DNA of 64,000 bases from Eledone cirrhosa (taxonomy: Eukaryota), in contig OZ024752.1 in the NCBI GenBank assembly GCA_964016885.1, positions 30,132,001 through 30,196,000 of the forward strand, given 5' to 3'. The notes under the pieces were generated by a model, which saw nothing but the letters and a program-made list of their open reading frames with translations, had not been told where the DNA came from and did not search any database. Each line of letters opens with the position of its first letter. Position 1 is the stretch's first letter. Position numbers and translations under genes: made by a program. Below are positions 1 through 13,178 of the stretch, piece by piece.

Positions 1-29
1 TATGTATTTATTTATTTATTTATTTATAC

Positions 30-738
30 TCACTTCTCTTAGGTCAGTGTTGTTTGTTTGGGTATTGTTGTTATTCCATTCATTTTTTTCTGTTTAGCCT
101 TGGCCTTCTAAGTTCTATTTCACTGGCCTCTCTGATTTGCCTATCTGCTGGGTCATTTTTATGTTTAGATATTATTCTAATTTCTATGTTGTCTATGTTA
201 CCGTCATGTTGTTGTCTGGCATGTTCGTATAGTACTGAACCGTTTTTTCATCCTTTTAGTTCCCCCCAGTGTTGGTCTATCCTTTCGCCTATGCTTCAAG
301 CTGTCTCGCCTATGTATGTTGTTGTCATGTTTCTGCAAGTACCCTCTGTACATCTTATGCTATAGACTACGTTTCTAGTTTTACAGTTTATCCGGGGGTT
401 TATTTTACATATGATACATTTCCTATTAGTACAGTGGGTTTTCTTAAAAGGGTAGGTTTTGCTGATCAGGATTTTATGGTGGTTCCTGGCTTTTCTACCA
501 CCTTAATCTTTAAGTGGATCTTTTTCAGGGCCTTTCTACACTGGTTAGCTAATTTCCCTCCAGGGGTAGCGTCCACAAACATGACTCTCTGGTTGTAGTA
601 CCATGAGGTGGCTTTCCCTATCTTATGTCTAGTCCTATCTAAGCTATTCCATGATTTGCTCCTGTATAATGGGCAAATTCCTTTCATGTCCAGTTCTATG
701 AGGGTCTTATACTTCTCTGTGGCTCCTTCGTATACTCT
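30..738 (-). mobile_element. Decayed 3' fragment of a Penelope-like element (RT thumb, Cys linker, GIY-YIG endonuclease), related to the 57771-63178 element
   Basis: Minus-strand translation RVYEGATEKY..GICPLYRSKSW..CTNRKCIICK..NCKTRNVVYSIRCTEGTCRN..YIGETA*SIGERI aligns by eye with ORF 58271-60964; it has frameshifts and a stop, and is 5'-truncated at a TA run. Confidence 0.9.
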
Positions 739-756
739 TTGTATATATATATATAT

Positions 757-1285
757 CTAGGGCGGGTAAAATTCCCGAGATCCATGGACGAGTTCTCTCC
801 AGCGGTCTCTGTCCCTCATTATCGCTGCTATGTCCTGCATCTCCAACAGACCAGTGTATATATAAAAGAGAAAACACAGGTAAGCATTAAGAGAAGGATT
901 TTATCCAGGTATTTACGACCGTTTCATTGGTAAGTGCAACCTTATATTGCTATACTGCAAATAGCAGCCACTCAATTATAATTGTTGATCAAGTCCAAAT
1001 TTTCAAAATAGTGAGTAAGTTACTCTTGAAATAGTTCTTAATATATAGAGAAAAACATTTTATTTTAAATTGTATTTACTAGTATAGAGAGAGAGGAAGA
1101 GGAATTAGAAGGTGAGGGGACAAACAGAATAGTATAGAGAGAGAGGAAGGGGAGAAGTGTTAGGAAGTAGAGTGACAAACTGAGCTGGAGGGAGGGATAG
1201 AGGTGGAAGGATTCCTTGATCAGTTTTGATATGTAGACTTCACGAACTGGATGACAATAAGCAATTTTCTGCTTTCCTAACTATA
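757..1285 (-). mobile_element. Probable aged PLE pseudo-LTR remnant with degenerate hammerhead
   Basis: The minus strand has a pyrimidine-rich tract, then TTGATCA...GAAACGGTCGTAAAT, the same order as the pLTRs at 45700-45914 and 54360-54670. The core has two substitutions relative to CTGATGA. Confidence 0.35.
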
Positions 1286-1629
1286 TCATTTCATCATCAT
1301 TTCATTTTACGTCCACTTTTCCCTGTTTGCAAGGGTGGGACGGGAACTGATTCTGGCTTGATTTCTACAGCTGGATGCCCTTCCTAACACCAACCTCATT
1401 TACAGTGAGTGCTGGGTGCTTTTTTGCCGTGGCACCTCCACAACAACTTTGCAGTGGAATGATAGGGACCCCAGTCCCTATCATCTCAATTCTACAGCTG
1501 AGTAAACTGGAGCAATGTGAAATAAAGTGTCTTGCTCAAGGAAACAACACATCACCCGGTCTGAGAATTGAACTCACAACCTTTCAATTGCAAGCCCAAT
1601 GTTCTAATCACTAGGCCATGTACCTCCAT
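1286..1629 (-). mobile_element. tRNA-derived SINE with RTE-type 3' tail (family A)
   Basis: Near-identical to 32977-33318 in reverse: A/B-box-like head, CCTTGAGCAAGACACTTT body, tail shared with the RTE 3' UTR, (GAT)n end. Confidence 0.85.
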
Positions 1630-1753
1630 ATATATTTATATATATGTGTGTGTCTGTGTGTGTGTCTCTATGTGTGTCTCTATATATATATATATATATC
1701 CGAGCTGAGGATCCGCTAAGGTGAAACAAGGTGAACTAACTGTTGTGAAACCA

Positions 1754-1787
<34 letters not shown>

Positions 1788-1921
1788 GGAAAAATTTGAA
1801 CAGGAACAAAACAGAGAGGCAGTACAACGAATGTTTATTAATTTCACGCTATAGAGAGAGAGAGAGAGTGTTCCCAAAGTTAGCTACATATTTAAATGTC
1901 ATCATGGGATGTGATGTTTGT

Positions 1922-2030
1922 GATGGCACATGGTTTAGTGGTTCAAGTATTAGGTTTACAATCGTGAGGTTGTGAGTTTAATTCCCAGACTGGGTGGTGT
2001 GTTGTGTCCTTGAGCAAGAAACTTTATTTA
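1922..2030 (+). mobile_element. SINE family A head fragment
   Basis: GGCACATGGTTTAGTGGTT...GTGAGTTTAATTCC...TGTGTCCTTGAGCAAG resembles the head at 32981-33085. Confidence 0.65.
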
Positions 2031-2339
2031 GAGATTTTGTAGGCTCAAATTTAAATCCTCTCCTCTTAGCATGTTTTTTGATTTTAGCAAATATTTTCAA
2101 ACCTAAACATTACTCTAGACTTCATTTCATCAAGAAGCAACCTAAATGTTATTCTTTCATGAAGAAGCCATTTTCATGCCCTGCTAAGTTTGATGCTTGA
2201 CTCATGAACTCCTTAGATTGTAGGTCACACTCCAGTTTGTAACATGACAGTGTCTTCTGTAGCATTTGAGTCACTCTCTTAAGTAGAAGGTAAAATATAC
2301 AAAACTTACTGGTGCGATAAATTACTTAAATACACATTA

Positions 2340-2549
2340 ATCGTATATACATGAATATAAGCTGATACAAATATAACCCAACCCTACTATTTATGTTTGA
2401 GAAATAGGCAAAATCCAAACTTCCTTTATGTAGAATTTGAAGTTGGTGAAAATCTCAAAATATTGACCCTGTATATAAGCCGACCCCCCACTTCAACCAT
2501 CAAATTTTTGGTCACATATTCCTCAGCTTATATTAGAGTATATGCAGTA
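2340..2549. mobile_element. Tc1/mariner-pogo-type MITE (second copy at 30298-30506)
   Basis: Degenerate TIRs CGTATATACATGAATATAAGCTGA ... TCAGCTTATATTAGAGTATATGCAG with a TA flank; homologous copy at 30298. Confidence 0.65.
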
Positions 2550-2639
2550 ATTTTAAGTAGAAGATAAAAGAATACAGAACTTAGTGGTGTAGTAATTTAC
2601 TTGGCCACGCATTTAATTTTAATGCCTTATATAAGTTTA

Positions 2640-2908
2640 CATAAAAGAACCCTGTACATGCTGTAAGGTGGTGGTGTTAGAAAGGGCATTCTGTCATAGA
2701 AAGTTTGCCAAAGAAGAGTTTAGGAGAACCCTTCATTTTATGTCAAAACTTTTCCTCTGCAGTTAATATGACCATACGTAAGCAGGATACAAACTCCTTG
2801 GCCTGTCTGTGAGGTTAGTAGCCTTGCTTCAGTACTGACTTAGTCTACGAGGACCTGTTCAATCCTTGCTAGCAGGGAAAGTGAATGTTAAATGATGATG
2901 ATGATGAT
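2640..2908 (+). mobile_element. Old RTE/SINE 3' end
   Basis: GGTGTTAGAAAGGGCAT...TGCTAGCAGGGAAAGTGAATGTTAAATGATGATGAT matches the RTE 3' UTR at 37200-37360. Confidence 0.6.
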
Positions 2909-3237
2909 TTCTTTGGTAAATTTAAAGATTTTACAATGGCCAGATTAAATATGTTGATAGTTCATGTTTCAATTGCTACAATTTAAATAAATTTCAAACT
3001 GTTTTGCTCACTTTCAAAACGTTTCTGTGACCACTAGAGATGCTTTTAAATCTAATTTAATCAGTTGTTATTAAGGTGGTTATTAAAATACTCCTTGTAC
3101 ATCTTTAATGATAGATATCACACACTCATTTCTGACTTTAAGTATGGTTGTTTGAAGAGAAATAATTTGAGAATTTATCTGTACTACTAATGCCATATCT
3201 TGGTTATATAGTCCTTATAGTTTGCAATTTAATTCTA

Positions 3238-3604
3238 TTACTTGTTAATAGTGCAGGATGAAACATATTCCCCTATATTAAAATCCTGCTTGTCATGCAG
3301 TAAAGTGTAGTATTTAGCTAAATTGATTCCACCAAGTAACACATGTGCTGTAAAATTTTGATTCATTGCCAATTCAATTCGAGCAGTTTTCACAATGCCA
3401 GTGTATGATTGATTTTCTGCCAAGACAATTCTATTGGCTATCATATGTGCTATGGAATCCTGATACTCCGCCAAATCAATTCCATTGGTTGACATGTGTG
3501 TTGTGTAATCTTTTGCAGTTCCTTCAGTTGACACACATGCTTTATAATGTTGGTTCCGTGTTGACTGGATTCTTCTATGTATCAATGCAGAGACAGTGTA
3601 ATGC
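3238..3604 (-). other. Possible coding exon or pseudo-exon with degenerate 17-aa repeats
   Basis: HMSTNGIDLAEYQDSIA / HMIANRIVLAENQSYTG / IVKTARIELAMNQNFTA / HVLLGGINLAKY; TAG acceptor at 3605-3607. Confidence 0.35.
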
Positions 3605-3659
3605 CTACTAAATAATGTTGAATATATATATATGCAATGTTATCAGAGTATACTGCAAG

Positions 3660-3850
3660 AATTTTGTTTTCTTCTTCATATCGACATATCTTCATATTCT
3701 TGCTCTTGCTAGATCAGACTCGGTTCATCCTAAGTCAGTGATCCCACAGGTGTCGGCATGCACAGAGCCAACCAGGTCCACCAGTACCTTCCATCGCTGG
3801 CAGTCCCATGCCAGCTTCTCTACAACCTCCAATGTGATGTTGACATATTG
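3660..3850 (-). mobile_element. C-terminal remnant of an old RTE-clade LINE
   Basis: Translation ITLEVVEKLAWDCQRWKVLV resembles the RTE terminal 'A.DR..WR..V' motif, followed by an AAG-rich tail. Confidence 0.45.
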
Positions 3851-4233
3851 GACTCATATAATATTCTACATTCATAACTAATTATAATCAAAACACTTCA
3901 AGAGTTTATTATTTTCATCTTTGAGGTTTGACTAAAGTCCAATTGTGCCTTAGTCTTTTAGCTTCAACATCACATTGACAACAGAACAGATTAGAACTTT
4001 CCAAATTGGTTTTAATGATTAATAACTGCACTACATATTGTAATTATATGGTTAAATGTAGAACTAGGAGAGAAAGAGCCTAAACTGTTTATTACCTTTT
4101 CAATATGTCATTCACTGAAACAAAGTAACACCTTACTGATTCAGTTACCATTATACATATATATATATGTGTATGTATATCATCATCCTCATCATTTTAT
4201 GTCTGCTTTTCCCTGTGTACGTATATATGTATA

Positions 4234-4362
4234 TATTATAAAGAGTCAGGATCTGGCAGCTGACCTCTTGCCATTTCAACAGCTAGTTCCAGACTAGAGC
4301 TCAGCCACCAGGACCCGACTCTTTATAATATAACCATACTCTAACTGAATCCATCCTGATTT
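4234..4362. repeat. Aged ~35-bp-arm inverted repeat plus ~30-bp tail in TA context (probable PLE terminus)
   Basis: TATTATAAAGAGTCAGGATCTGGCAGCTGACCTCT (4234-4268) versus AGAGCTCAGCCACCAGGACCCGACTCTTTATAATA (4296-4330). Confidence 0.6.
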
Positions 4363-4558
4363 ATAAATAAATATATATATATTGTTAATCCTTTCTAAGT
4401 TTTGCCTATGTAAAATCACCTGATTTCTACAACACCTGTTCTTAAATAGAATAAAAAAGAGAAAAATGAACTCTTAAGCTTCAAATGAAACCTTTCTATA
4501 GTGATTATTGGGATATCAGAAGAAACTAAAATGCAAACAGCAGGAAAATAATATAATG

Positions 4559-4745
4559 ATTTCTACTATAGGCACAAAGCCAGCAATTTTGGGGAAGGGG
4601 AAAGTCAATTAAATCAACTGCAGTGCATTACTGGTACTTCATTTTATCGACCCTGTAGGTATGAAAAGCAAAGCTAACCTCAGTGGGATTTGAACTCAGA
4701 ACATAAAGGGATGCTGCAAAGCATGTAGTCTGACAAACTAATAAT
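4559..4745 (-). mobile_element. SINE family B (Nin/Deu-domain-like); further copies at 5853-6068, 8503-8590, 23290-23568, 25335-25530 (all -)
   Basis: Shared GAGTTCAAATCCC..GGTTAACTTTGCCTTTCATCC..GGGGTCGATAAAATAAAGTACCAGT block. Confidence 0.75.
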
Positions 4746-6964
4746 AAACAATGATAAAATGGATAAAATTCAGTTTGTACAACCTAGTTTTATATATGTA
4801 GATGGCAAGATGGTGATTGCAGCATTGATAAGAAAGTGGGCTTGCTCAGTATGTAGTAGTCTCAATTCTTCAGGATGCATTATAAGGAAGTAGCAAGTCA
4901 GAGTTTGTGTTTATAGAGGAAATTTATCCTACACAGAATATATTTAATTAGCTTAGTTTTTTCCTCTCATTACAAAATCCAGAACCTATAGATTGTTTTG
5001 TATGTAGATGATCAGCTTCTAACTAAATAATCAACCCAAGAGCTACAACATAATTTAGATAGGAGAAAACAGATTAAAACAATTAAAACATGGAAACGAT
5101 AAAGAAAGAAAATAGTAATATGTTGGAAACCTGAATGCAAAGAACAGCTGTTAAAACAGCCAAATGCCATCAATGACAACATGAACATTGCGTAAAAATA
5201 TCCTTAAGGACAACTTATTTCTATAAATTTCAAATGCACTCATGCTTCGTGTTGATGATTTTTGAGGCAACAATCTTTGTAGAAAATAATGTTTTGTTTG
5301 AAAGTTATTACAATCTGAGTTAGACAGTAAATGTTAAAAACATGATAACAATGATGTTGGAGTTTTACCTTTCAGTTCTTTATAGGTTTTTATATTTCAG
5401 GGATAAAATCCCATCATCATAAGGACCTATAAAGGACTGCGAGGTAACAAACATCCCAACACTATTGTTACCATGTTTTTAACATTTACCATCCAATTCA
5501 CATTGTTGCAGCTTTAAAACAAAACATTATTTTCTACACTTTACACAATGCATCAAGAAAAATACATCTTAATTTTAAACATGTTCCCATCTTATCAGAC
5601 TTCCTCAGTAAATAATTGTCTAATACATAACACAAATGGCTTTGAGATGATACAGTTTTTGCCTGAAAATTATTCAGTACATTGTCAATTCAAACCAATG
5701 AAGTTGGAAAATATCCTGGGGATGCCCTCTGCATCAAGAGCTTATAGTAACTAATTACACTTACTATAAATAAAAGAAAAACAATCTAAAGGTAAGCATG
5801 GCCAGCAACAGTTACTAATAGAGTTTGCCAAAGCCTAATACTAAAAAAAATGCTTTCTGATTTAGGCGCAAGGCCAACAATTTTTTGGGAGAAGAAAGTC
5901 GATTAAATTGACACCAGTGTGTTACTAGTACTTTATTTTATTGACCCCGTAAGGGTGAAAGGCAATGCTAACCTTGGCGGGATTTGAACTTTGAACTCAA
6001 AACATAAAGGGACGTAAATTTGCTGCAAAGCATATTGTTCAATGCTCTACCGATTTTACTGCCAATCCACATGATCTATAATGCATACAAATAGATAGGA
6101 ACTCCACATAATTTAAGGAGTGCAGCACACAAGTAATGTATTTCATGTAAGATATAAAGGAGCCCAAAAACTAAAGAGTGAAACAGTAAAGACTATAGGA
6201 CCTTTTAGATTGTTTAAAGGAAAGATATATAAATAAATCCTGTTATTGTTATCTAGCTAAAGAATTCATTCAGTGGGATGAACAAGTGTGATAGTAGTGT
6301 TGAGATATTTGCTGTCCTGATTAGTGTCAAAAGAATTTCCTTTTTTATGATGCAGGTAGAATAAGTGTTAATCTACAGGAATAAATGATACAGCTTTTCA
6401 CACAAGTTTTTGCATCATTGCTTTCTACATTCTTGTGGATTTTATAGATGGGTATACTGCTGGCCTAATTCCCACCCTTCCTTCTCTGAAAGAAGGCTGC
6501 TTTTATAGAAGTACTATAGAAATGAAATATTTAATATTGATCATTCAAAATATTCTTTGTTCAAAACAAATGGTGATGATGACAACAACAACAACAGCAA
6601 CAAAAATATCAACAACAAACACAACTAACAATACATTCATACATTTTTTTTGTGAATATTTTCTGTTTGGGTTGATTCATTCGACTAGAACTTTTCTTTA
6701 GAAACGTGTGGCCTCCAGTAATGTAAGATGTCAATAGCTATATAGAATACAGTTAAGTATAATCTATTGGATATGCTGTGAGAACTTGAAAAGTAGGACA
6801 AGAAGAAAAAGAGTTGAAAAATCCGAAAAATCTCCTGATTGCCAAAAGTATCAAAACTATATTTCAGAGAAATACTTATGTAGGCATATACCACCATGAT
6901 CATCATCATTATCACTGCCATTGTTATTATCGCCGCTGCCAGCACCACCACCAAAATACACCTG

Positions 6965-7276
6965 ATTTGGTCATTTCATGAGAGTATCTTGGTCAGCCTA
7001 TGAAGGAGTGATGCTAGAGCTGTGAAATCTTGCATGCATTAATTTCAACTCTTCTTGTTACTAACTGCATTGTTTCTTTCCTGGGACTATGTTGAAAAAT
7101 AAACCCCATGTATTCATTACATGTGAGTATCTTGGTCAGCCTGTTAACTTTTCAGCTCACCTTCATATAATAACTGCATTGTTTCTTTCTAGGGACTATG
7201 ATGAAAAATAAACCTGATTTGGTCATTCCATGTGAGTATCTTGGACAGCCTATGAACTTTTCAGTTGACCATCATA
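6965..7276. mobile_element. Rearranged mariner-type MITE (related copy at 26717-26892)
   Basis: Terminus CAGCCTATGAACTTTTCAG.. is the inverse of GAAAAGTTCATAGGCTGAC at 26732; shared GAAGGAGTGATGCTAGAGCTGTGAAATC body. Confidence 0.6.
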
Positions 7277-7679
7277 ATAGTTACTCAGTTTGTATTATTA
7301 ATTGTATTTGTTAAGGTTTAATTAAGAGACAATATTGTTATCATACCAGTTCCAGTGTTGTTGTGTGTCAACTAAAGATTATTGCTTTGTTCAGGAAATG
7401 TTAATAGGACATAGATCAATTGGAAATGTTAATGAATTACAAATATCAAACAGGAGAAGTTTCATCAGGTTATACCCTATCATTCCTTTAATTATTACCT
7501 GTGTCACTATAAAATAAAGCTATTTGTAATTGATTTAGATAGGATGTGCTCTATATCTTAAATGGCTCACAAAACAAACACTTGCCAAAAGAATTACTCA
7601 TTTTAAATTGCCCATAATACAAACACTTGCCAAAAGAATTACTAATTTTAAAAGTTGTTTTATAACTAGAAAAATTAAC

Positions 7680-7779
7680 CTTCTGGACGTTTCAGGCACA
7701 TTAAGTTGCCACTAGAGTAAACTGCCCTTAATACATAATGCAGTGTCAAGAGAAGCAATTCATAAACATTTCTAACATG
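7680..7779 (-). CDS. Candidate 100-bp exon (HVRNVYELLLLTLHYVLRAVYSSGNLMCLKRPE)
   Basis: ttttaaccttcag acceptor, AAG|gttaat donor and an open frame; only weakly ankyrin-like. Confidence 0.25.
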
Positions 7780-8589
7780 CTGAAGGTTAAAAATTTATAG
7801 AATAAAAGACTGATAAGTTTGAAAAAGCTGGTACAATGTGGTACAAATATATAATGAGTAAAGGATGATAAATAAAACAAAACAAAGTAATGTTTTACCC
7901 AGTATATTTTAACATGATATTTCAGAGCTGCTACCCTCTTTTCAAATGTGAAGCACAAACAATTTAAACAAAAATGTATGACCAATGTGTTGGTCTTTTT
8001 GTTTATTCAAAAGGAAGTGCAATGCCCAAGACCCTCTCCTGGGCATCTGAGACTGGTGGAAGGGAAAGAAAAAGGTGGGGCATTCTCAAACTGCATCCCT
8101 AGCCTGAATGCTTGCAACAGAGCAGACTTCCCTAAAGACACCAAAAGAATAGGTGTTGGTGTTAAACGAGATTAACTCTACCAACCAAGCAGGCCATGGA
8201 AGTATTTTAGTCTAGATTGCAAGAACTGGATCAAGTGTTGAGAAAAAATACTAAGAATTCTACCAGTCTACTGCTTTAGACTGGCCCTTTATCAAAACCT
8301 ATAAAGATGACAGGAAGAGTTGTTCCTAGCAGGATTTGAACTCAAAATTGAATAAATATCCCAAGGCATTCCATCTGATGATCTAACACTTATGCTAATT
8401 TATTGCAATGGTATTAAATTATACTAAAATTTGATTAAATTCTTTTTGACAGTGAAGTACATAAAAAAATGTGGGTTTTGACCACAAAGTACATAATATA
8501 ATTGTTTCTACTTTAGGCACAAGGCCAGCAATTACCCAGTGCATCACTGGTACTTTATTTTATCGACCCCCGTAACGATGAAAGGCAAA

Positions 8590-9015
8590 GTGTCAACATA
8601 TGGGCTTTGACCATGGAGTACATAATATGTTAACATGTGGGTTTTGATAATTGAGTATATATACAAATATCAACATGAGGGCTTTGAAAATGAAGTATAT
8701 AATATAATGTCAACATGTGGGTTTAGACCATTGAGTACATAAACAAATGCCAACATGTGGGTTTTGACCATGAAGTACACAATATGTCAACATGTGGGTT
8801 TTGACCATGGAGTATATGAGTAAATGTCAACATGTGGGCTTTGATCATGGAGTACATAATTTAATGTTAACATGTGGGTTTTGACCATAGCAGCATCATC
8901 ACCTTTGTTTAATGTCTATCTTCCATGCTAGCATGGGTTAGACGCATACATAAACAAATGTTAATATGTGGATCTAGACCATGGAGAACATGAACAAATG
9001 TCAACATGTGGGTTT
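8590..9015. repeat. Degenerate ~39-44 bp minisatellite (TGTCAACATGTGGGTTTTGACCATGGAGTACATAA)
   Basis: About 9 imperfect copies, interrupted near 8890-8945 by an RTE 3'-end fragment. Confidence 0.85.
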
Positions 9016-9539
9016 TTAATATTTTAAGATATAGCTGATCAAATGTCTTCAATTAATTACACTTTTGGAAAGTAACTAAAGAGCAGAACTACTTGAGCAA
9101 AATAATTAATTTGATAGAGAAAAAAAAAATTTGAGTTTGTTTTTTCATTAATTATCCTGATTTCTTATGAGAATAAAATAAAACTGAATAAAATAAAATT
9201 AAATTAAACTGTAATGAAATGAAATTTAGTGACTTTGGCTTACTGATGGAAATTACTAAGATTTGCTTCTGGCAGATAAACAATATAATACCAATAACAA
9301 CTAAGAAATAACAATAGATGCAACAATTTTAATAAAATGGATTTATCTATATTGACCCAAGGTAAGAGCCGACTAAAAAATAATATTACATCAGGGATTC
9401 ATTTTTGACATTTTTGTATGGTCTTCAAAATCTCTTTCTAAGTCAAAAACAAGCATTGAAAGGAAAAGGAGGGAAAGAGCAAGGATTATTAGGCAATGAA
9501 AGAAAGAAGGAGAGGAGAGGGTGATAAATTCTACACTTA

Positions 9540-10385
9540 ATTCAGAGTGGTGTTTAGGTTGTGCTCCATGAACAAAATAGCAAAGGTATTTCTGGAAACA
9601 ATAGCCAGTGACACCCGCTGCAACAGATTCCCCACCTTGCAGGGCTCCTTCCTCAGACATGCTGTTGTCATTCTGATTTTATGGAGGAGGAACGAAATAC
9701 ACCTAGTGTCAGTTTAGTAAATGTAGTTGTCATAATATTAGAAGTGTTATCTGCCATCAACCATCCCCAAAATAACAATGCAAAGCTGTAAAGTAGAAAA
9801 TTTGTTCCCAGATCATCAATTATGTTATCTACACTCCTCAACGATGATAGTTCTGTAGCAATACTGATAATGAAGAAACACTTCATGTGCTGCCCACTTG
9901 GCATTTAATTTGCTGACTGCAGGAAAAAAACATGGGCAGAGAGGACTGGGTGATATGGGAGGAGAGATATTGGTAATGTAAGGAGAGACAAGTGAGTCAG
10001 GAGTGCCTGAGTGTAAGTGTACCTTTTCTGTTACTACAGTCGTTTCTACTCCAAGGAACAGAGACCACTGCAGCAGCTGTAAATGTACATTTTCTACTGC
10101 TACTACAGTGACCTTTACTCTGAGGAACAGAGGCCTCTGTTGTAACTGTAGGTATTGTTTAGGTTGATAGCAAGAAGGACATGGATGTACAAGAAATGTG
10201 GGAGGCAGGATCAAAAATTAAACTTTGGGCTACACCAGTGTTAAAAGAGTAGGACTGCCAAAGAGTTTCATCAGCATACACCATGATGATGTGATCTAAT
10301 GGAAAGCCTCCAATTCAAAGAATGGGAGATGGATGAAAGCCATGGGTAAGCAGTTTTACTAAGAGATTTACATACCAGACACAAT
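9540..10385 (-). mobile_element. Ancient CR1/Jockey-group LINE RT remnant
   Basis: VWYVNLLVKLLTHGFHPSPIL*IGGF...SFNTGVAQSLIFDP resembles the 'VWH..LL.KL..YG....WI..FL....GVPQGS.L.P' RT segment. Confidence 0.55.
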
Positions 10386-10511
10386 AATGTCAAGTATAAC
10401 AACTGTTTTCTGTAAATTACTCAGATGCTAGAGTGATAGAATGACTACAGTGTTTCCCTCTCGACTATACTACTAAAAAGAGATGAAATAAAAACATTGC
10501 ATAAGGCTTAA

Positions 10512-10712
10512 CCCTTTAGCATTTAAACCAGCCGTATCCAGCAAAAATTCTATCACCTCTTTCTGTTCAAACTGACCAAACTCTTTCTGTTGTAACTGGC
10601 CATTCATACTGTTGTTAAAATATTGTTCTCAAAATAAATAATATAAAAATCTCATAAATTCGATATTATGTGAGATAATTATGTGAGGTAAAGCCTTTAC
10701 TGTGAAAATATA
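10512..10712 (+). mobile_element. Truncated piggyBac-type MITE
   Basis: Starts TTAA|CCCTTTAGCATTTA; homologous to 26107-26327. Confidence 0.7.
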
Positions 10713-11599
10713 ATCTGATGTTCTAACGATTCTGCCAATTTACCAATTCACTACCAAAGAGCATAAGCTGCAAATGGAATTATTCTGCTGAGCATTTGAG
10801 ATGTCCTGCATCAGTTACATGAGTTATATAATAAGACATACTGACATGGCAGGCAGATGTAAAATGATGATGATGTTTTCCACTGAATATTAGCAGTATC
10901 TTTTAATTACTATATTCTTGTGAGAGTAGTAAATTTTTAACTAACATTGTTGGCATTAGCAACAAGAGACCAGTGCAGAATAATAAACCAAAGTTGAATC
11001 AATATAGATGGCTGCTTATCGAAGTAGTGGAAAGCTTTTCAACAGAGAGATAGAGAGAGAGAATCGGAGAAAACTTAATCCAGACTATAGGACAATATAA
11101 TACTATAGATAATAGATCTAGCTTTATCCATTTACTTTATCAACTTGTAGTTAGCTTATATTGCCAATTTGGAACAATATATAAGAAGTTATGAAATATA
11201 TTAAATATAGGAACTGATCTTACAAAACTTTCCTTCAATTGAAAACATTCATTGTTATAATTAGTAGAATTAAAAAAAAAAAGTCTGTGAATAATTTATA
11301 ATTCAAACTTTGCATAACACAACTGAACTCATGACAGTAGCAGAGCAGTTTAATGTGTTGTTTGAACAAAAAATTACAGTGGTTTAAAAAATTAAATGAT
11401 GGATTATATTTGAAGACAAGTTCAGCCTCTAGACTAAACACTTAGTTAAAGTTAATTATTTTACTTGTCTCAGCCTGTTATGTGGTGATAATAGTTAATC
11501 GTAATTCTATACAACATTGGAAGGTTGGCATTAAGGATATTCAACTTAAAAAAACAAACATTTCCACAATTCAACCAAATGTTTTACAACAAACACCTG

Positions 11600-11932
11600 A
11601 TATCTTCAAGCTATTTTGTGTCTATCTTAACACATGACCATATCAAATCTCCTAAATATACTACTATCTTCAAGATATATTGACTCTATCTCAATACATG
11701 ACATCAAATCTCCTAAATATACTATCTTCAAGATATTTTGAGCCTGCCTCAATATACAACCACATTAAATCTCCTAAATATACTATTATCTTCAAGACAT
11801 TTGAACCTACCTTAACACAAGACCATATCAAAGAGCCTAACTTAAGACAAGACCATATCAAATCTCCTAAATATACTACTATCTTCAAGATATTTTGAGC
11901 CTAACTGAATACAGGACGACATTAAATCTCTT
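11600..11932. repeat. ~60-bp degenerate tandem repeat
   Basis: GACCATATCAAATCTCCTAAATATACTACTATCTTCAAGATAT repeated about 5 times. Confidence 0.85.
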
Positions 11933-12297
11933 AAACTCAGTATCCACATTGAGCTACTTTATTGATGACCATAATAACTGCCTCAATTAATCTATAAATG
12001 TAAAATATTTTCACTATCAAAATGAAATCAAACTTCCTTTTCTGTTGCTTATGTCTGTTAAATAAGTTACACCTTAACACATCTTTCTTAATCTTATCAA
12101 TAACAGGTGTTATTGATATTTATATTTTATTTTTAAAATTCCATTTGTTAATTCCCCAAATGTGAGTCATGCCAGAATAAGATTAAACATCAAATATCTA
12201 AAGAATGTTTGAGGGAAAAAATGTTCTGCTACCCTTAGAAATAAAAAAAACATATGAACAAAGTGAAATCTCATCTGCCAATTACAAATAAACTAGT

Positions 12298-12642
12298 GAA
12301 GCTGTGTGGATTAGTGGTTAGAACATTGAGCTCACAATCATAAGGTTGTGAGTTCAAATCTTGGTCTGGGTGGTGTGTTGTGTTCTTGAGTAAAACACTT
12401 TATTTCACATTGCTTCAGTTCACTCAACTGTAGAAATGGGTTGCGATGTAACTGATGCCAAACTGTATCGGCCATTGCCATTCCATTGGACAACATCAGT
12501 GGTATGGAGAGGGGGAGAATGGCATGCATGGGCAACAGTTAGTCTTCCACAAACACACCTTGCCTAGGTTTGTGCCTTGGAGGGGAACTTTCCAGGTGCA
12601 AAACCATGGTCATTCATGACCGAAAGGGGCCTTCCTATTCCT
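12298..12642 (+). mobile_element. tRNA-SINE with family A head/body but a different 3' tail
   Basis: Head and body match 32981-33120; the sequence after GTAGAAATG is unrelated to the RTE tail. Confidence 0.7.
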
Positions 12643-13178
12643 ACAATAAATTGAAATACTGTATTTAATATGGTTTATTACTATCTATTGAAGATATCAT
12701 TTGACGGAAAATATCTCAATAAAATAACTATCACATTAGTTTAAAGCAGTCTCTAAGGACTTATCTCTTCCGGGAACATTAGTATTATAAACATAACTTA
12801 ATGGTAATGCTAGGAAGGGTTGCAGTAGTGTCACTTATACAAAAAATAGAAATCTATTCTGGATCATGGCTGAATGTTAGAAATAATTGCTTGCAAAGCA
12901 GCTACAAGTTTATATCTCCTTAATTGGAGAATTACTACATACCAATAATATTTCTTGTTTTATTATTATCATCATCATCATCATCATCATCACCTCTGCC
13001 ATTATGATCACCACCACCACCACCACTACGATCATCATTATTATTATTATTATTTCTATCATCATTATTATTATTTTTATTATTATCACATCCTCATCAC
13101 CATTATTATAATCATCACCACCAACACCAACACCATGTACAACATCATTATTATCATTATTATTATTTTTACTATTAT

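Noticed and set aside
1700-1756. Hammerhead in a small TA island (CTGAGGA..GAAAC)
   Set aside because: The cleavage triplet would be GUG and no stem I pairing was found; at best a relic.
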